Source: Yuukianura sp. NJ FZ-2021
Taxonomy: Eukaryota
Length of the DNA: 64,000 bases
Direction: 5' to 3'
NCBI GenBank assembly: GCA_046563655.1
Contig: CM102284.1
Location: forward strand, 6,014,001-6,078,000
The notes beneath the pieces were generated by a model, which was not told where the DNA came from, did not search any database, and was given only the letters and a program-made list of their open reading frames with translations. This document shows positions 13,033 through 25,400 of the stretch, piece after piece; the first letter of the stretch is position 1; the number at the start of each line of letters is the position of its first letter. The translations under genes and the position numbers were made by a program.

Positions 13033-16000
13033 TCAGTCTTTCTTGTCATTTGAAATGAGGCGAAGGCTATTTCGTTGCTTCTGACTCCACAAGTACGAAG
13101 TTGCTGGAATTCCTTTCTGAAAGAAAAGCGGAATGCGAAACCGGAATACAATTTTCAATCTGCAAAACCAAACGACTCGTTTGAAATTTCAATCTTCAAT
13201 CGTTTTCGTGAAACATCGAAAAAAAACACAACCAAAATACTTCTGACTTCGTAAAACAAGAATTGACCTACCTTTTGACAATTTCCTGACGAATTGCAGA
13301 CGTAAACTTCGTAACAAGACAGAGAATCGAGGCCACACAGAACACGAGGTTATAAATCACGACGATCCAGAAGTTACCCAACCACTCAATGCGTCCGTAA
13401 TTTCCCAACAAATCAAAATTTGTGATACCTGAAACAAATTCAAACAAACATTCTTTACAACTTGGGAAAGAAAGTTTCTTAGAAAATGAAAAATTGTCGA
13501 AAAAAAATTTTTTTTTGGCGGACCGACCGGTGGGCTTGGAATTCTCGGCCACACAGTCGCTTTTACTTAAGCTACGTGCAAGACAAGAAGGCACTGACAC
13601 TGTTCCGTTATTGCGGAACAGGCGCTGACACTCCCTGTCTCGGACGGTGGGAATCGAACCCACATCTTCCTGCTTAGTGGAAACACAAAGTACCACCAAG
13701 CTCTCACCCCACCCATCACTTAAATTAAGCAAAACAGGTTCAAGGATACGGTTTTTCACAAGCTGGAAAAAAAGGTTCAGAAAAATGATGAAAATTTTGT
13801 AAAAAATCGTTGTAGAAAAATTTTTTTGGCGGACCGGTGGATTTGCTCGGCCACACAGTCGCTTTTACTTAAGCTACGTGCAAGACAAGGAGGCGCTGAC
13901 CTATTCCGTTGTTGCAGAACAAGCGCTGAGCTGTTCCGTTGTTGCAGAAAAGGCGCTGACCGCCCTGTCTCGGACGGTGGGAATCGAACCCACATCTCCC
14001 TGCTTAGTGGAAACACAAAGTACCACCAAGCCCTCGCCCCAACAGTACTAGGCCAAGGACTTTTTTCCACATTTCGCTCTCTCTTAGAGTTAGTTTGTTA
14101 CTGAAAGTTAACAAATCAAAAATATCAATTACCCAGAATTCTAGCGAGTAGTGGAAGTGCTGAACTAAGGATAAGCACGAGACCGCAGTTGTAGATGATA
14201 TGGGACGTCGGGGAATTGCCAACTTCCAGTTTGCAATTCCGAATCCCAGGGATCATGTAGAGGCCAATCAAAGATGTCGAAATAAGGAAAAGTATCAGAA
14301 CAACTTGAAGTGCTGCTCCCCAGCTCCCAAGAATTGAGATTGATGCTTGTCCTAATGAAATTGTCTAAACAACACACAAACAATTTTACATTTCCCATCA
14401 AGTTATGGAATTAAAAAACTAAAAAAAACTGGAGATTATTTCTTACTTGGTTGAGCTCGTATTCCACGCGAGCTGAAATTGGGAGGGCCTTGATTCCTAC
14501 CAGAAGTTGGAGCGTATTCAAAACTACCATCAACACTGCAATTGCCGTCAACCCGAAAACCAATATGAATGCTAACGGGTAGACCAAGTTTCTCTTCCAT
14601 CCTGGTGTTTTCTGCATCTTTTCTAAAATGTGTCAAAAATATAACAGCATATGAACAATATCCAAATCTCTAATCGAAATTAACGTCAATATTTACCTAG
14701 AGTGACTAGCTCTCTTGATAGTGTTGCAATTCGTTTCCTGACTTGCTCTCCTTGGGCAGCAGTTTCATTTGGAATCAAAACCTTCATCTGCTGAATTTTC
14801 CTAGGAAATCCTTCTCCATTTTGACCGATATACTCGTTTCCATTGTACAACCCCTCACGAGCAATTTGCTTACATTCCTGTAGCGTTTTGAGCATATTTT
14901 GCTGAGATTCCACTTCCAGTTTTATAATCAGCACTTCTTCGTCCAGGTTTCGGAGAAATTGAGGACCAACAAGCAGCTGACTGAGTACAGTAAAAAGTCG
15001 AGCAAATCCAAGCGGTGTGCACACTGCAAATGATAATTCAAAGAAATTGAATTGGAATGAGGCTACGAAAACTGGTTTTTAAAAAAAAGGGATGTATTTT
15101 TTTACGATTTTAGCAAAAATTACCGAGGAGAAGCAGGACTCCAAAGAACGATATGCATGAGTATATGAACGGGAGTTGGAGACTACTGAACAAGTTGAGA
15201 ATAACAAGTCCTGTGTCATCAGTACTTCCCAGAATGGCTGCCAGGGAATATGCTGCCAGCCAGACAGCGATTCCGGTCAATGCCAATACTACGACCGTCT
15301 CGTAAAACTTGCCCAGTATTCCCTAAAGACGATTTAGTATGCTTAAATCCATGAAGATCGACATGGTTTATGTGTTTTAGTGTTTTTCGTACCCTCTTGT
15401 TTCCTGAAAATCCTTCGGATTCAATAAAGAGATATGCGAATGGCAGTAGGATGAACAAGGAAAGGTTTGCAAAAACGAAGATGAGGTTCCAAAGTCCATC
15501 AATTAGCATGCCGTTCAACCATTGCACGTAGTAGGTTCTTGGATACAGCAAAAGAACTTCATTTGATACGATCGAAATTGGCAGTAGCAACGTAGCTCCA
15601 ATTGATATGCTCAAAGAGAACACACAGATCCAGAAGCTAAATTTACAAACACAATGGATTTTTTTAATTACCAGTGAAAGATTAACGGGTAAGTCACAAT
15701 GCCAATGCCTTACCAAATCCTGTACACAACGGATTCATCATCTTCTGGAGAAGCAGGAGGCCGAAGTCCGGTATCTTTCTTCCGGAGAAACGAATCCAAG
15801 ATGGTCCAACTGATTGCAATCAGCATGAGAAAGAAGATGAGAAAAATCTAAAAGCAAAAATCAAAAATTAAGTTAGACCGGAAAAATTGCTATGCTTACG
15901 AGTATTAGTTGACTCACAATTTTCTCGCGTACGGTATTGTGGAATTTCTCCGTTAAATCATCGATCGGGTCATCCTCTCTTGGATAAGTTCCGTTGGACT

Positions 16001-16058
16001 CCGCGTAGAGTCCATACGCATAGCTATCGACAACTATTCCCCCATTTTTACTACCCAT
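13033..16058 (-). CDS. LMBR1: LMBR1/LMBR1L membrane protein (lilipod-like), multi-exon
   Basis: FHNTVREKI, GATLLLPISIVSNEVLLLYPRTYYVQWLNGMLIDGLWNLIFVFANLSLFILLPFAYLFIESEGFSG, CTPLGFARLF, GITNFDLLGNYGRIEWLGNFWIV; last exon ends ...SNDKKD* at 13033. Confidence 0.93.
13508..13710 (-). mobile_element. tRNA-derived SINE-like / Pol III element, copy 1 (LMBR1 intron)
   Basis: Minus strand: A-box-like AGCTTGGTGG, T-arm GTGGG-TTCGATT-CCCAC (B box), ~125-nt body, ends GGTCCGCC plus A9. Confidence 0.75.
13821..14040 (-). mobile_element. tRNA-derived SINE-like / Pol III element, copy 2 (LMBR1 intron)
   Basis: Near-identical to copy 1 in head and 3' body; has an extra ~30-bp internal unit; ends GGTCCGCC plus A7. 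Confidence 0.75.
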
Positions 16059-17386
16059 TATCCAACTTGCAGTACTTCCAAGTCCAAACAGTGATTAGCG
16101 GTTCTTCCCTTACAACACATGAAAATTGGAAAGCGCCTTCCTGCAGAGGTCAATTGAAATCTGCAACAATAAATATGATAAACAAATGAATACGAATTGA
16201 ACTCACATTTAACTTATCACATCCTTTCTCAAACATCATTCTTTCATCAGTATCAGCCATCAATCAACCAATCAACCAGTTTACACCGTCGACGATTACG
16301 CACTTAATCACTAAAAGCATAAAACGAACCAAAAGTACTAGCTTAAGATGCAACGTTCGGAGTAAGTTCGTTCCTACACAGTGAATTGATTCAAAACGAC
16401 AAGTCGTCACAGCGTTAATCAGTATCTGTTACTGCTAAGTACGTACCGGAATTCGGACTTCCCGAGACAATCAAATCTTTGCCACTATGACCACACCACA
16501 GGATTAATTGTACAGGGTCAATACAACACGAGGCGACACGAGACGAGGTCACGATGACGAATGTTACGACCACGACGTAGTAAGGTGAGGAGATTACTTT
16601 TAAGAAACCTAGTTGTGGTGGTTGAACTTGAATGAAAAATAGGTTACGATTAATTAAACCTTACTGGAAACCTTATAAGTCATGACAATAACATAATTTA
16701 AAAAGTCTTACCTCGTATCGTGGTTTTAACTTTAGTTAACTGTTTAACTTCCCTCATAAGAATCAATACAATACGACTTATCCAGAAGACCACGGATGTC
16801 AGCTGTTAGACCACACACGAGACAGAACCCGTACAACACTTATAACTGTAACCTCGTCGTCGTCACGACCAACTTCGTCATTCAGAAAAACAACAAACAT
16901 AACGGTAAACTAGTTTGACACCGTTGCGCAGTAGTATTGAACGTCATGGACGGGCAGGGACACCGTCCCAGAAGAGTAGAATGTCCATGATTTTTAGATA
17001 TACGTCGTAGCATCGACACTTCTGCACCAAAAAATTAAACGCCCATTTAATAAATCAATTCATAACTGGATCAAAAAGTGAGTTGAACTACCATAAGGGA
17101 AACTGTAAAGCACTGATTAACAGATTTCGAATTCCATTAACAGATTAACTAAGGTCCAATTAACAGATTTTGAGTATGTACTACCTAAAGAAAAACGTTA
17201 AATAATTGAAATGAAGATTAAGACAAATTAAGATGGTTGTATAGGGGTGGAAGGCTGGATACACTTTTTGGGAGTCAGAAGCCATAAAAAGAAAAACCGG
17301 ATACCGGATCCAGGAAGAAATTGGCGAACTTCGTTATTCAAAGTAATTGATTGGAGTGTTTCTGTAGTAAAATTGATGTGGGATTT

Positions 17387-20010
17387 TTACCACCAGCCAC
17401 CACCGCCACCAAAGTAGTTGTAAATGGGGTAAATTGGTCCAGGAGGATACTGGTAATTGGGTGGTCCAAACGGTGGAGAGAAGTTGGTGTTGTTGTTATT
17501 CCGAGGCATGGGCATCGGCATTGGTGGTGGGCCCTGAGCCATATTGAAGCCCGAATGACCAATATGTCCTTGGCTGTCATGGACAGCTCCAGGCATTCCC
17601 GGTGGTCGGCGATCACCAAAAACAGCAACGGTGGTATCCGTTCCTCCGGTGATTTGAACTGGAATTCCGCTCGCGCCGAAATCTTGACTATGAGATGGAG
17701 GGGTGTCATCGTCGCTGCTGTCATCACTGTCATCATCGTCGTCGTCCTCACTACTGCTAAGTGCGAATACCGGAGTCGTCAATGGTGAGACCTCATTGGA
17801 GGGTTTCTTGGCAGCTTCAGCTTCAGCGGTAGTCTTAACAACCTTCTTATCATCTTCGTCACTCGTATCGTCATCGTCTGACATCGCTCCCCACCAGGAT
17901 ACTGGTTTTTCAGTCTTCAGTGATTTTTCCTTCTTCGGCTGTTTTTGCTCCAATGCGTCTGTTGCTGAATTTTCAACTGGTTCGGTTTTAATTTCCAGGT
18001 CGGCTACTACAAGCTTTTCGCTTGTAGCTTCTGGCTTCAGTTTCAAGTCCGACTTTTCCACCGGAACGATTGGTTTATGATCTTCAATTTCCAGGTTTGC
18101 TGCTACAATGTTTCGGTTCGTATGTTCCAACTTCAAGTTCGTCACCACCACAGCTTCAACTGTTGAGTTTAGAAGCGGAATTCCCAGGTCCACTTGTCCA
18201 AGAGTTTCGTTTGTAGGTTCCATCAAACCTAAATCTTCCACCGGCACGCGAATTGTTGGTTCGGGCTTTTCTACCTTCACTTTGGAAAGTACAATCGTTT
18301 GTTCCGGTTTCGGCTCGGCCTCGGCAAGGATTGGCTCTGGTCTCCGTTCTGGCTCTTCTATCTCTTCTACTAGCACAAGTCGCGGCATAGCATCCATCGA
18401 ATCATCGTCATCTGATACAGTCATTCCTTGTTCTCCCTCATCAACCAAATTAGCATCGTCTACATCCATTATGTATGGCGCTTCGTCCACATCGTCGTTG
18501 AAATTCTCCGGCTCCGCCGGTTCCGTTGAAATACCGTTATCAACGACACCCATGTCAACAGCTCCAGCCGCTGGATCTTCAATAGGAGCACTCGGCTCAT
18601 CAATCACCTCCTTCTTTACAGCAAACTGGAGTTTCTTCGCCCTTGGTGGCTCTGGCGGTTGCATTTCCACATTCATCTGGAAAAGTTCTAACAGAAAAAA
18701 AAATAAGTTAGTTACTAACTGAGCAGCACCGTTAGCAATCAACTAGAGCTTACCTCGTGGTTTTCCACGTTTAACCAAATCAACGGATTTGTTTTCCGTT
18801 GGGGCAGGGCGCAGAACATCTTGTTGAGTCAAGAATACCGAAACGCTGGAATTGACGTCTTCCCTTTCCCTTCCACACAAACTACCAACGATGGACCTTC
18901 GTTTCATGATCACCACCTAAAATTCCATTGTTTAATTAATAGGACTTTAGTTGCAGTAACTAGTTAAATAGAATCTTCTTACTTCCTGAAGACACTCGTG
19001 TGCTTTGCGATGTTGTTCACACTTTATCAGCAGAAGCGGCATCACCTGAGACGAAGCCAGTTGCACCACGGCAAGAATTTGGTTCATTTGCCTCACTTCT
19101 TCCAACATCAATGGATCCTTCGGCCTAATAAACAATTAGTATTTTTATCTACTTTCAAAGTAATTGTTCATGTTTTATAAAAATCTGTTTACGGTTGTAG
19201 TCGGACTTCATCGTGCCGTCGCTTCTTGTAGAACTTCTTCCGAGTCGGGACGGGAAGTTTCCTCTTGCCACTGGATTTAGTACTTGTCGCCTTACGGTCT
19301 GCTGGTGCTGGTTTGTTCCCCAAATTTACCATTAGTATGTCTGGAGACACTGTTCGTTCGGTAGTTCCTCGTGAGCTGATGCTCTCCCGACTTCGTAGTT
19401 CTGAGATTGGTTTCAACTGTGGCATAGGGGGCTCCTCCAGCACAACAGGATCAGTTTTGGCGTCTGCCTTACGTTTTGATTTTGAAGAATCCTTCTTCGG
19501 TTTCGTTTTGATCTTCTTTGGCCGTTTAGGGAGGATGATGACATTTTGCTTCTTCAATTTTGGTGACGTTGGTAGCGGCGAAACCTTAGTCAACGTTGGT
19601 GCTTTTGCCTCAGGCGCAACCTTATCCAATTTTGGTGCCTTTACCTTTTTGTTGGGTGACTTTGGCTCCGACTTTAAGTTTTTCTTTGACTTTGGTTCCG
19701 GCTTAATCTTCTTCGGTTTCTCCTCTTTTACCGGCTTGGGCTCCACGATCTCCGGAAAAAATGAAATCGTTGGAACGGTTTCGCTTGAATCCATCAGATA
19801 TTCAAATTCCGGTGGAAGATTGGCCAATCTTGGAGACGCCCTAGTAGGAGTCGCGCCTTTGACTTTCTTTACTATCGTCTTCTTAGGCGCTGCAGCTCCC
19901 TGTTCCTCAGGCTCTGCGGCCATTTTTGGTGCCAACATTTTCCTCACCATGTTCACTATACCTGCGGCCTTCTTCGACTTTGCCTTTCCTTTTGCTTTTT
20001 TGCTCCCCAT
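17387..20010 (-). CDS. Uncharacterised low-complexity protein of about 810 aa (Lys/Pro-rich N-terminus, acidic middle, Pro/Gly-rich tail), 4 coding exons
   Basis: ORFs 19189-20010, 18947-19135, a ~165-nt exon near 18754-18916 and 17387-18742 join in frame through GT-AG introns. 3' end tentative. Confidence 0.75.
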
Positions 20011-20755
20011 CTAGAAAATTCAACAAATGAAAGATGTCAAGCCTTGAGAGATAAAGTTACCTAAAAATCCGAAAAATTTCGCAGCTCGGATTTTAATACA
20101 AAACACAATTAAACTTAAAGGAGCTGCCGGCGTTAATATATAAAGACTGGACCCAGCACGCCGCTTGGTTTTCGTGAAAGGAGAACACATTCGCTGCTTC
20201 TCGTTTCCAAAAACGGAGAAACGCGGCAACAGATTTTGAAGCTTGAATTTTGCAGAGAAAGAAAACCCAAATTCGAAAAACTAAAGAAAAGAAACAAAAA
20301 AAAAGTTAACTTGCGAAGTTATAAAGATCAATTCGTTGAAGCTTTAGCGATTTAAATTTCTAATTCGTAAGTGAAGCCACAATTAGACCAATTTGTGCAT
20401 AAGGTACGCGCTGCTCTCATTTCTATAACCAATTTTTAGCCCGCAACGAGTATATGCCCTTGCCCTTGGTTGTCATCATCGTCATGCCAGATGTTTACTG
20501 AATAATTCACAGGTAAACAAATACGATTTAACTTTAAACAGTTACTTTTGATAAAATCCGAATCTTGAAAATTACTCCCGTATAGTCAGTCAGTCTCAGT
20601 CTAAGTCAGTGATTACGTAACCACTGATTAGGGATTACTTAAGTGAACTGTCAAACTTTGCAGGAATAGGACAACCGTCAATGATTTTGGTACGAATGAA
20701 CCAACACTGAACTCTGCTCGTGACTTCAACATCGGTTTCGCAATAAGGATTAGAA

Positions 20756-22407
20756 ATGTCAACAAATCCCTTCCGGTTTCATCCGTTATGGATACTAATT
20801 TTACTGGTCCCACTTACCTTTCTATCTGAGGGTAATCAGTCAGTACTAAACCAGGTGAGATGTTCTTACGTTAGTTTTACTTCAGGTTAAGTATTTTCCA
20901 GTCCTCTTACCAATCAGTGACTCTGATAACGTAAGTCTTACCTCCACTGTTTTGCTGTGCGAAACAACCACGTTGTTATTTCTCGTATATACTTACTACA
21001 AACGTTAGAAATCGCCCGAGGCCCGACGTATTGTCGCCATTTCTATTGCGCATGTGATGAGTCATTTTTAAGTTGGTCGAGTTGCTAATAAATTGTCGCT
21101 AGAGGTCCTCTGTGCTTGGAGGCGTCTTTAAATACTAAAGTTTCTAAATTTCACATAATTAAATGTTATGTAATTTGATGTTTGTAAAGTACCAGAAACT
21201 TATTAAATGATTTGTACTTCCAGGAAAATAACACCGTTGACCAAGTATATGACACGGATACTCATCATGTGGACGAAGAACTTGCCGACGAAAACGAAAC
21301 GATCCCGCTGGAAGTTGGTGAAAACTCAACTGGAGAAGTCGTCGAAGGAGAGGCAGTCGCGGATGGAACTGAGCATCCTGTCAATGTTTCCGGAAGTTTG
21401 AATGAAACTACTGCTAATGTGAGCAGTACTTCGCTGAATGAAACTAAACCCGTCAGAACTGTGGCTTACTGTGCCTTGCCGGAAGGGCTGGAGCTGCAAT
21501 CGGATCCAATTCTGACACAAGAAGAACCGTTACCATTAAATGAAAACTCAGAAGGAGTACAAGGCAGTAGTGCTGAGATAAACGTTGACATTGAAGAGAC
21601 TGAAAGTAATGACAGTAATGCTGATCCCGAAACACAACTGGAGGCGGAGGATACTTCCACAGCAGAAACCAAGTCAAGTCTTCGTGTAAGTTTAAGCAGA
21701 ATTTGGTCATTTCGCTGCAAATTACGCAATTCAATTTTTATTTGTGTTTCTGATTACAGTTGGTGAATATGACTGAACTAGTCCATGACATTCTCTGGTC
21801 AAATACTTCAATCAAGTCACGTGTAATTCCAGCCAATTGTTCCATCGTCCTGTTCTATGCTTCCTGGTGTCCATTTTCTGCCAAAGCAGCTCCACATTTC
21901 AATGCCCTGCCACGCGCCTTTCCAGCACTCCGTGTTGCAGCGATTGATGTTAGTCAACAAACTTCTGTCAATTCCTACTTTGGGATCTTGTCTGTGCCTA
22001 CCGTCATTCTCTACCATAACGGAAGATCAATTGCAAAATTCAACGAGTCATCATTCTCACTTCATAAGTTTGCAGAATTCATCCAAAGTCACACGGGTGA
22101 GATCAGAGAACATAACAGTTGAATAGTTTCTCTCAATTTGCTGATAATCTATCATTTTAACTTTATTTATAATGTTAACTTTTCAGATTTGCGAAGTGAC
22201 GAGAACATCAATGTGACATCCCAAGACTTCGCTGGTCCAGTTCCGTCCGTCGTCACGAAAGGATTGGACATGTACCTCATCCTTGCATGGGTTTTTATTG
22301 CTGCCTGCTTCTTCTACTATGTCACTAAATCAACTTTATGGCGAAGGGCAATCGACCTTGTTCGTACAACCTGGAGAGAGGCAGAGGACCACGTCCATCA
22401 AGACTAA
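20756..22407 (+). CDS. TXNDC15: Thioredoxin domain-containing protein 15
   Basis: Signal peptide MSTNPFRFHPLWILILLVPLTFLSEG, acidic linker, Trx domain VLFYASWCPFSAKAAPHFNALPRAFP (CPFS motif), C-terminal TM helix YLILAWVFIAACFFYYV; 5 exons join in frame. Confidence 0.92.
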
Positions 22408-22489
22408 CTTAAGTTAATCAAGAGTTAATTAATCGATTAACCATCGTTCGAATTGGATCTGACACGGGGTAGAAGATTTCTTAATCTTA

Positions 22490-25400
22490 CTACTCGTCTA
22501 AACATTTTGACGTGGTGAGAACATAAGCAAGGTCATACGACAACGCTGACTTTCCATTGTGTCGTTTCACTATCATTTGAACAACGTAGGCTGTCGATGG
22601 TCTGAGGCCTCGGATTCGCTCATTTAACAGTTTCCTGCAAGTAAAAATATTATATTAATATAATAAAATATATTATTTATAGAAAAATTATGAATCTCAC
22701 TTTTCAGTTGCCACTTTTTGTGTACAGTAGGACAGGACGACGTAGGGGTCATTCAGTAGACTCCGCTCGACATCACATTGGTTCGGTTTTTTAAAATACA
22801 AGGAAGCGTCTCCCATTCTTGTTCGGTCTTCTTTTAGGAAAATGCAGTACTCGTTGTCTCTAAAGTCAAGTGAAGGGTACCTGAATTTTCAAAATTTTAG
22901 AAAATGTTCAAAAAACGAAAATCTTGGCTTTCTACTTTCAGAAAATTCCGGAATGTGCAAAACTTTACCATTGAATAGTTACGGTATCACAGCCTCTTTG
23001 ATTCTCCAGTTCAGTTATAGTGCGAATCACTAGAAATCAATCAATTTAAGCGACCTATTGAAGCAGTACTCGGCAGAAGGATTGATTAACGTTGCAATTT
23101 CAAAATATCGCGAAACTTACTCGGTAATTTCGGAAGTGGAAACTTCTTTTGCTTTTTACTGACGAAAATTTCGACCATGCGAGCTTGATTGTGAATTTCA
23201 TCTTTAGTAGCCACTGCCTGACCAATCGTGATGTAGTATGTAGCTCTAAGTGGAAAAGCCATTTTGACAATATCCAAACTATCAATTGTCGATGCTTCGT
23301 AGATTGTTCGATTAGCTGCAATTATTTGGTAATCAATTGCTCCACCACCGCAAGGCATCAAGTAAATTGTCAATTCACTACAAGGTTTCTTCACGTTGAA
23401 TTCAAAAGTAACTGGGTCAGGCCCAAGTTTAGTTTTTATAGATTTCGCATCGCGGAGAAGATTGCTCTTGGGCTGAAATGAAAAAAAAATTGAAGTTTTT
23501 GAAATTTGTAAGTTGCCTTGTGCTGACCTTTGACATTCGGTACTTTAGCATCGTGCGGACATAAGGATAGCTGAGTCCAGTGATGGAGTCCTTGACAAAA
23601 ACGTTGAAGTAGTACAAGCTTCCTTGCTGGAGGTCACTGATGATGTAGCTCGTCTTTTTCCTTACACATCCCATGACTATGTGATTCCTGAGCGGCGAAA
23701 AATTTTTAGAGAAATTCATATTAAGAATTGGTATGAATTTCTACTCAGTTAGTTATGATCCAGTTAGCTAAATTGTAAATATAACTTGATAATAGAAATT
23801 TTTTTAGAAATTTTAAATTTAAATTGGGGAAATTTTTCGAATTCGAATTATGATTTGGGAAGAAAGAGCGTCAAATCTTTAGTTGGTTATGATTTAGTTA
23901 GTCAATTTGTAATAATTATACTTGATAATTAGAAATTTTTGAGAAATTCTTCGAGAAATTAAATTCTTAGAATTCAAATTATGATTTCGGAAGAACATTA
24001 ATTATTGTTTAGTTAATTAAGATTCTAGTTTAATTTTGAATTATACTAACCTAACCTTTCCCCTTGACCCGAGGAGGAACCAGATCCATGACCTTTGAGT
24101 GCTTCCGCTGATGATCCGATCGTGTGACCTTGAGGGGGATAGAATTGGTAAATGGGCAAATGTGTCAGGTCAGGGGGCAGAATGCCAAACTTGTCTCCCT
24201 TTGCCCCACAGAGTGAATTGTAGTCTCTTCGACTGTTAACTACAATGCAGTAGGTCATCCTGTGTGGATTCACTGGACTCGGATCCCACTTGACCTGGAC
24301 ACGATCTCCACGTAACCTTTTGACCCCCATCCACGGTATGGGTGGGTTAGCGTTGTGGAGGTTGAGAAAGTTGTAGAAATGAAGGCGTCCTGCTCTTGAG
24401 TTAATGGAGCTTGTTGAGGTCAACGAGAGGTCATCGTTAGGAGGGGATGGTGACCAGGAGAGGTCAAAGGGGTCATCGTAACTGGGGCTGGCAGTGGTGA
24501 AGAGATAGACGTAAGTGTCGGAGTACACAGGTCGAAGTTCAATTAAGTAAACGCCAATTTCGGTGTTTGAAATTCTGTAGCTTAATGTTTTTTCGGTTCG
24601 AAACGATTCCAAAAATCTGTTTCGTTTAAACGCCACGTAGATTTTTCTAAATTTTCCTGCAGGTCAAAACATTGAGCGAATTCAGGTTAATTTAGTTCAG
24701 TTCTCGCAAGTCACTTTTATGTAATAAAATTTCATAAAAAAATAATAATATAATTTAACTCATTTTTTTCCAAAATTACTAGTATCATCTTCCATCTTAT
24801 AACAAATCAGCAAAGGTAGAGAAAATTGGGAAAGCTGTAGCATTTACTGAGCAGTAGAACGTTAACTTCATTGCAATTTCAGGAGAAAGTAAGTAGGAGA
24901 TGGAGGGGAGTTAACTAATCAAGTAAATACTATAGTTAAAACAAGATATTGAGTGTTAAAAATTATTATAATTATAAATATATAATTACAATAATATAAT
25001 TATACGAAAATGTGGATTATCAAAATGTAGTCTGCTGCGCCAATTGAAAAATTATTTAACGCGGAAATGGTAAACAGTGAGTATCGGTTTCTACCAAGTC
25101 GCAGTGTGCTTTGTGTTAATTTTTGCGTGTCGTGCAGACTGCTATCTAAAAAGTGTACCCTCAATTTTGGGCGGAAGCTATGCGGAGATTATGCGAAGCG
25201 AAAAGGTTCCCCCTTTTTTCAAATTTTTTGTGACGTCACACGCTTTGACTTTGTGACGTCACTGATTTCTCTTGCATTATTTTTTTTTATTTTTATGGAA
25301 AAAACTGAATAAATTTCATCTGGCGTCTAGTTCTTTTCCATTTCGAAATTCCTGAAACCTATTTTTACTGACGCGCCTAACTTTTAATAATAATGAGAAC

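Noticed and set aside
13640-14040. Functional tRNA genes
   Set aside because: T-arm and B box are good, but D and anticodon arms do not form a canonical cloverleaf and homology extends ~130 nt further 3'.
13268-14104. ORFs 13268-13759, 13777-14070, 13826-14104 with repeated peptides (CLARSLSKSDCVAE)
   Set aside because: They are read-throughs of the duplicated non-coding elements; only the 13270-13430 part is a real LMBR1 exon.
17351-20014. Long plus-strand ORFs (17703-18080, 18108-18722, 19265-20014)
   Set aside because: Antisense shadows of the low-complexity minus-strand gene.
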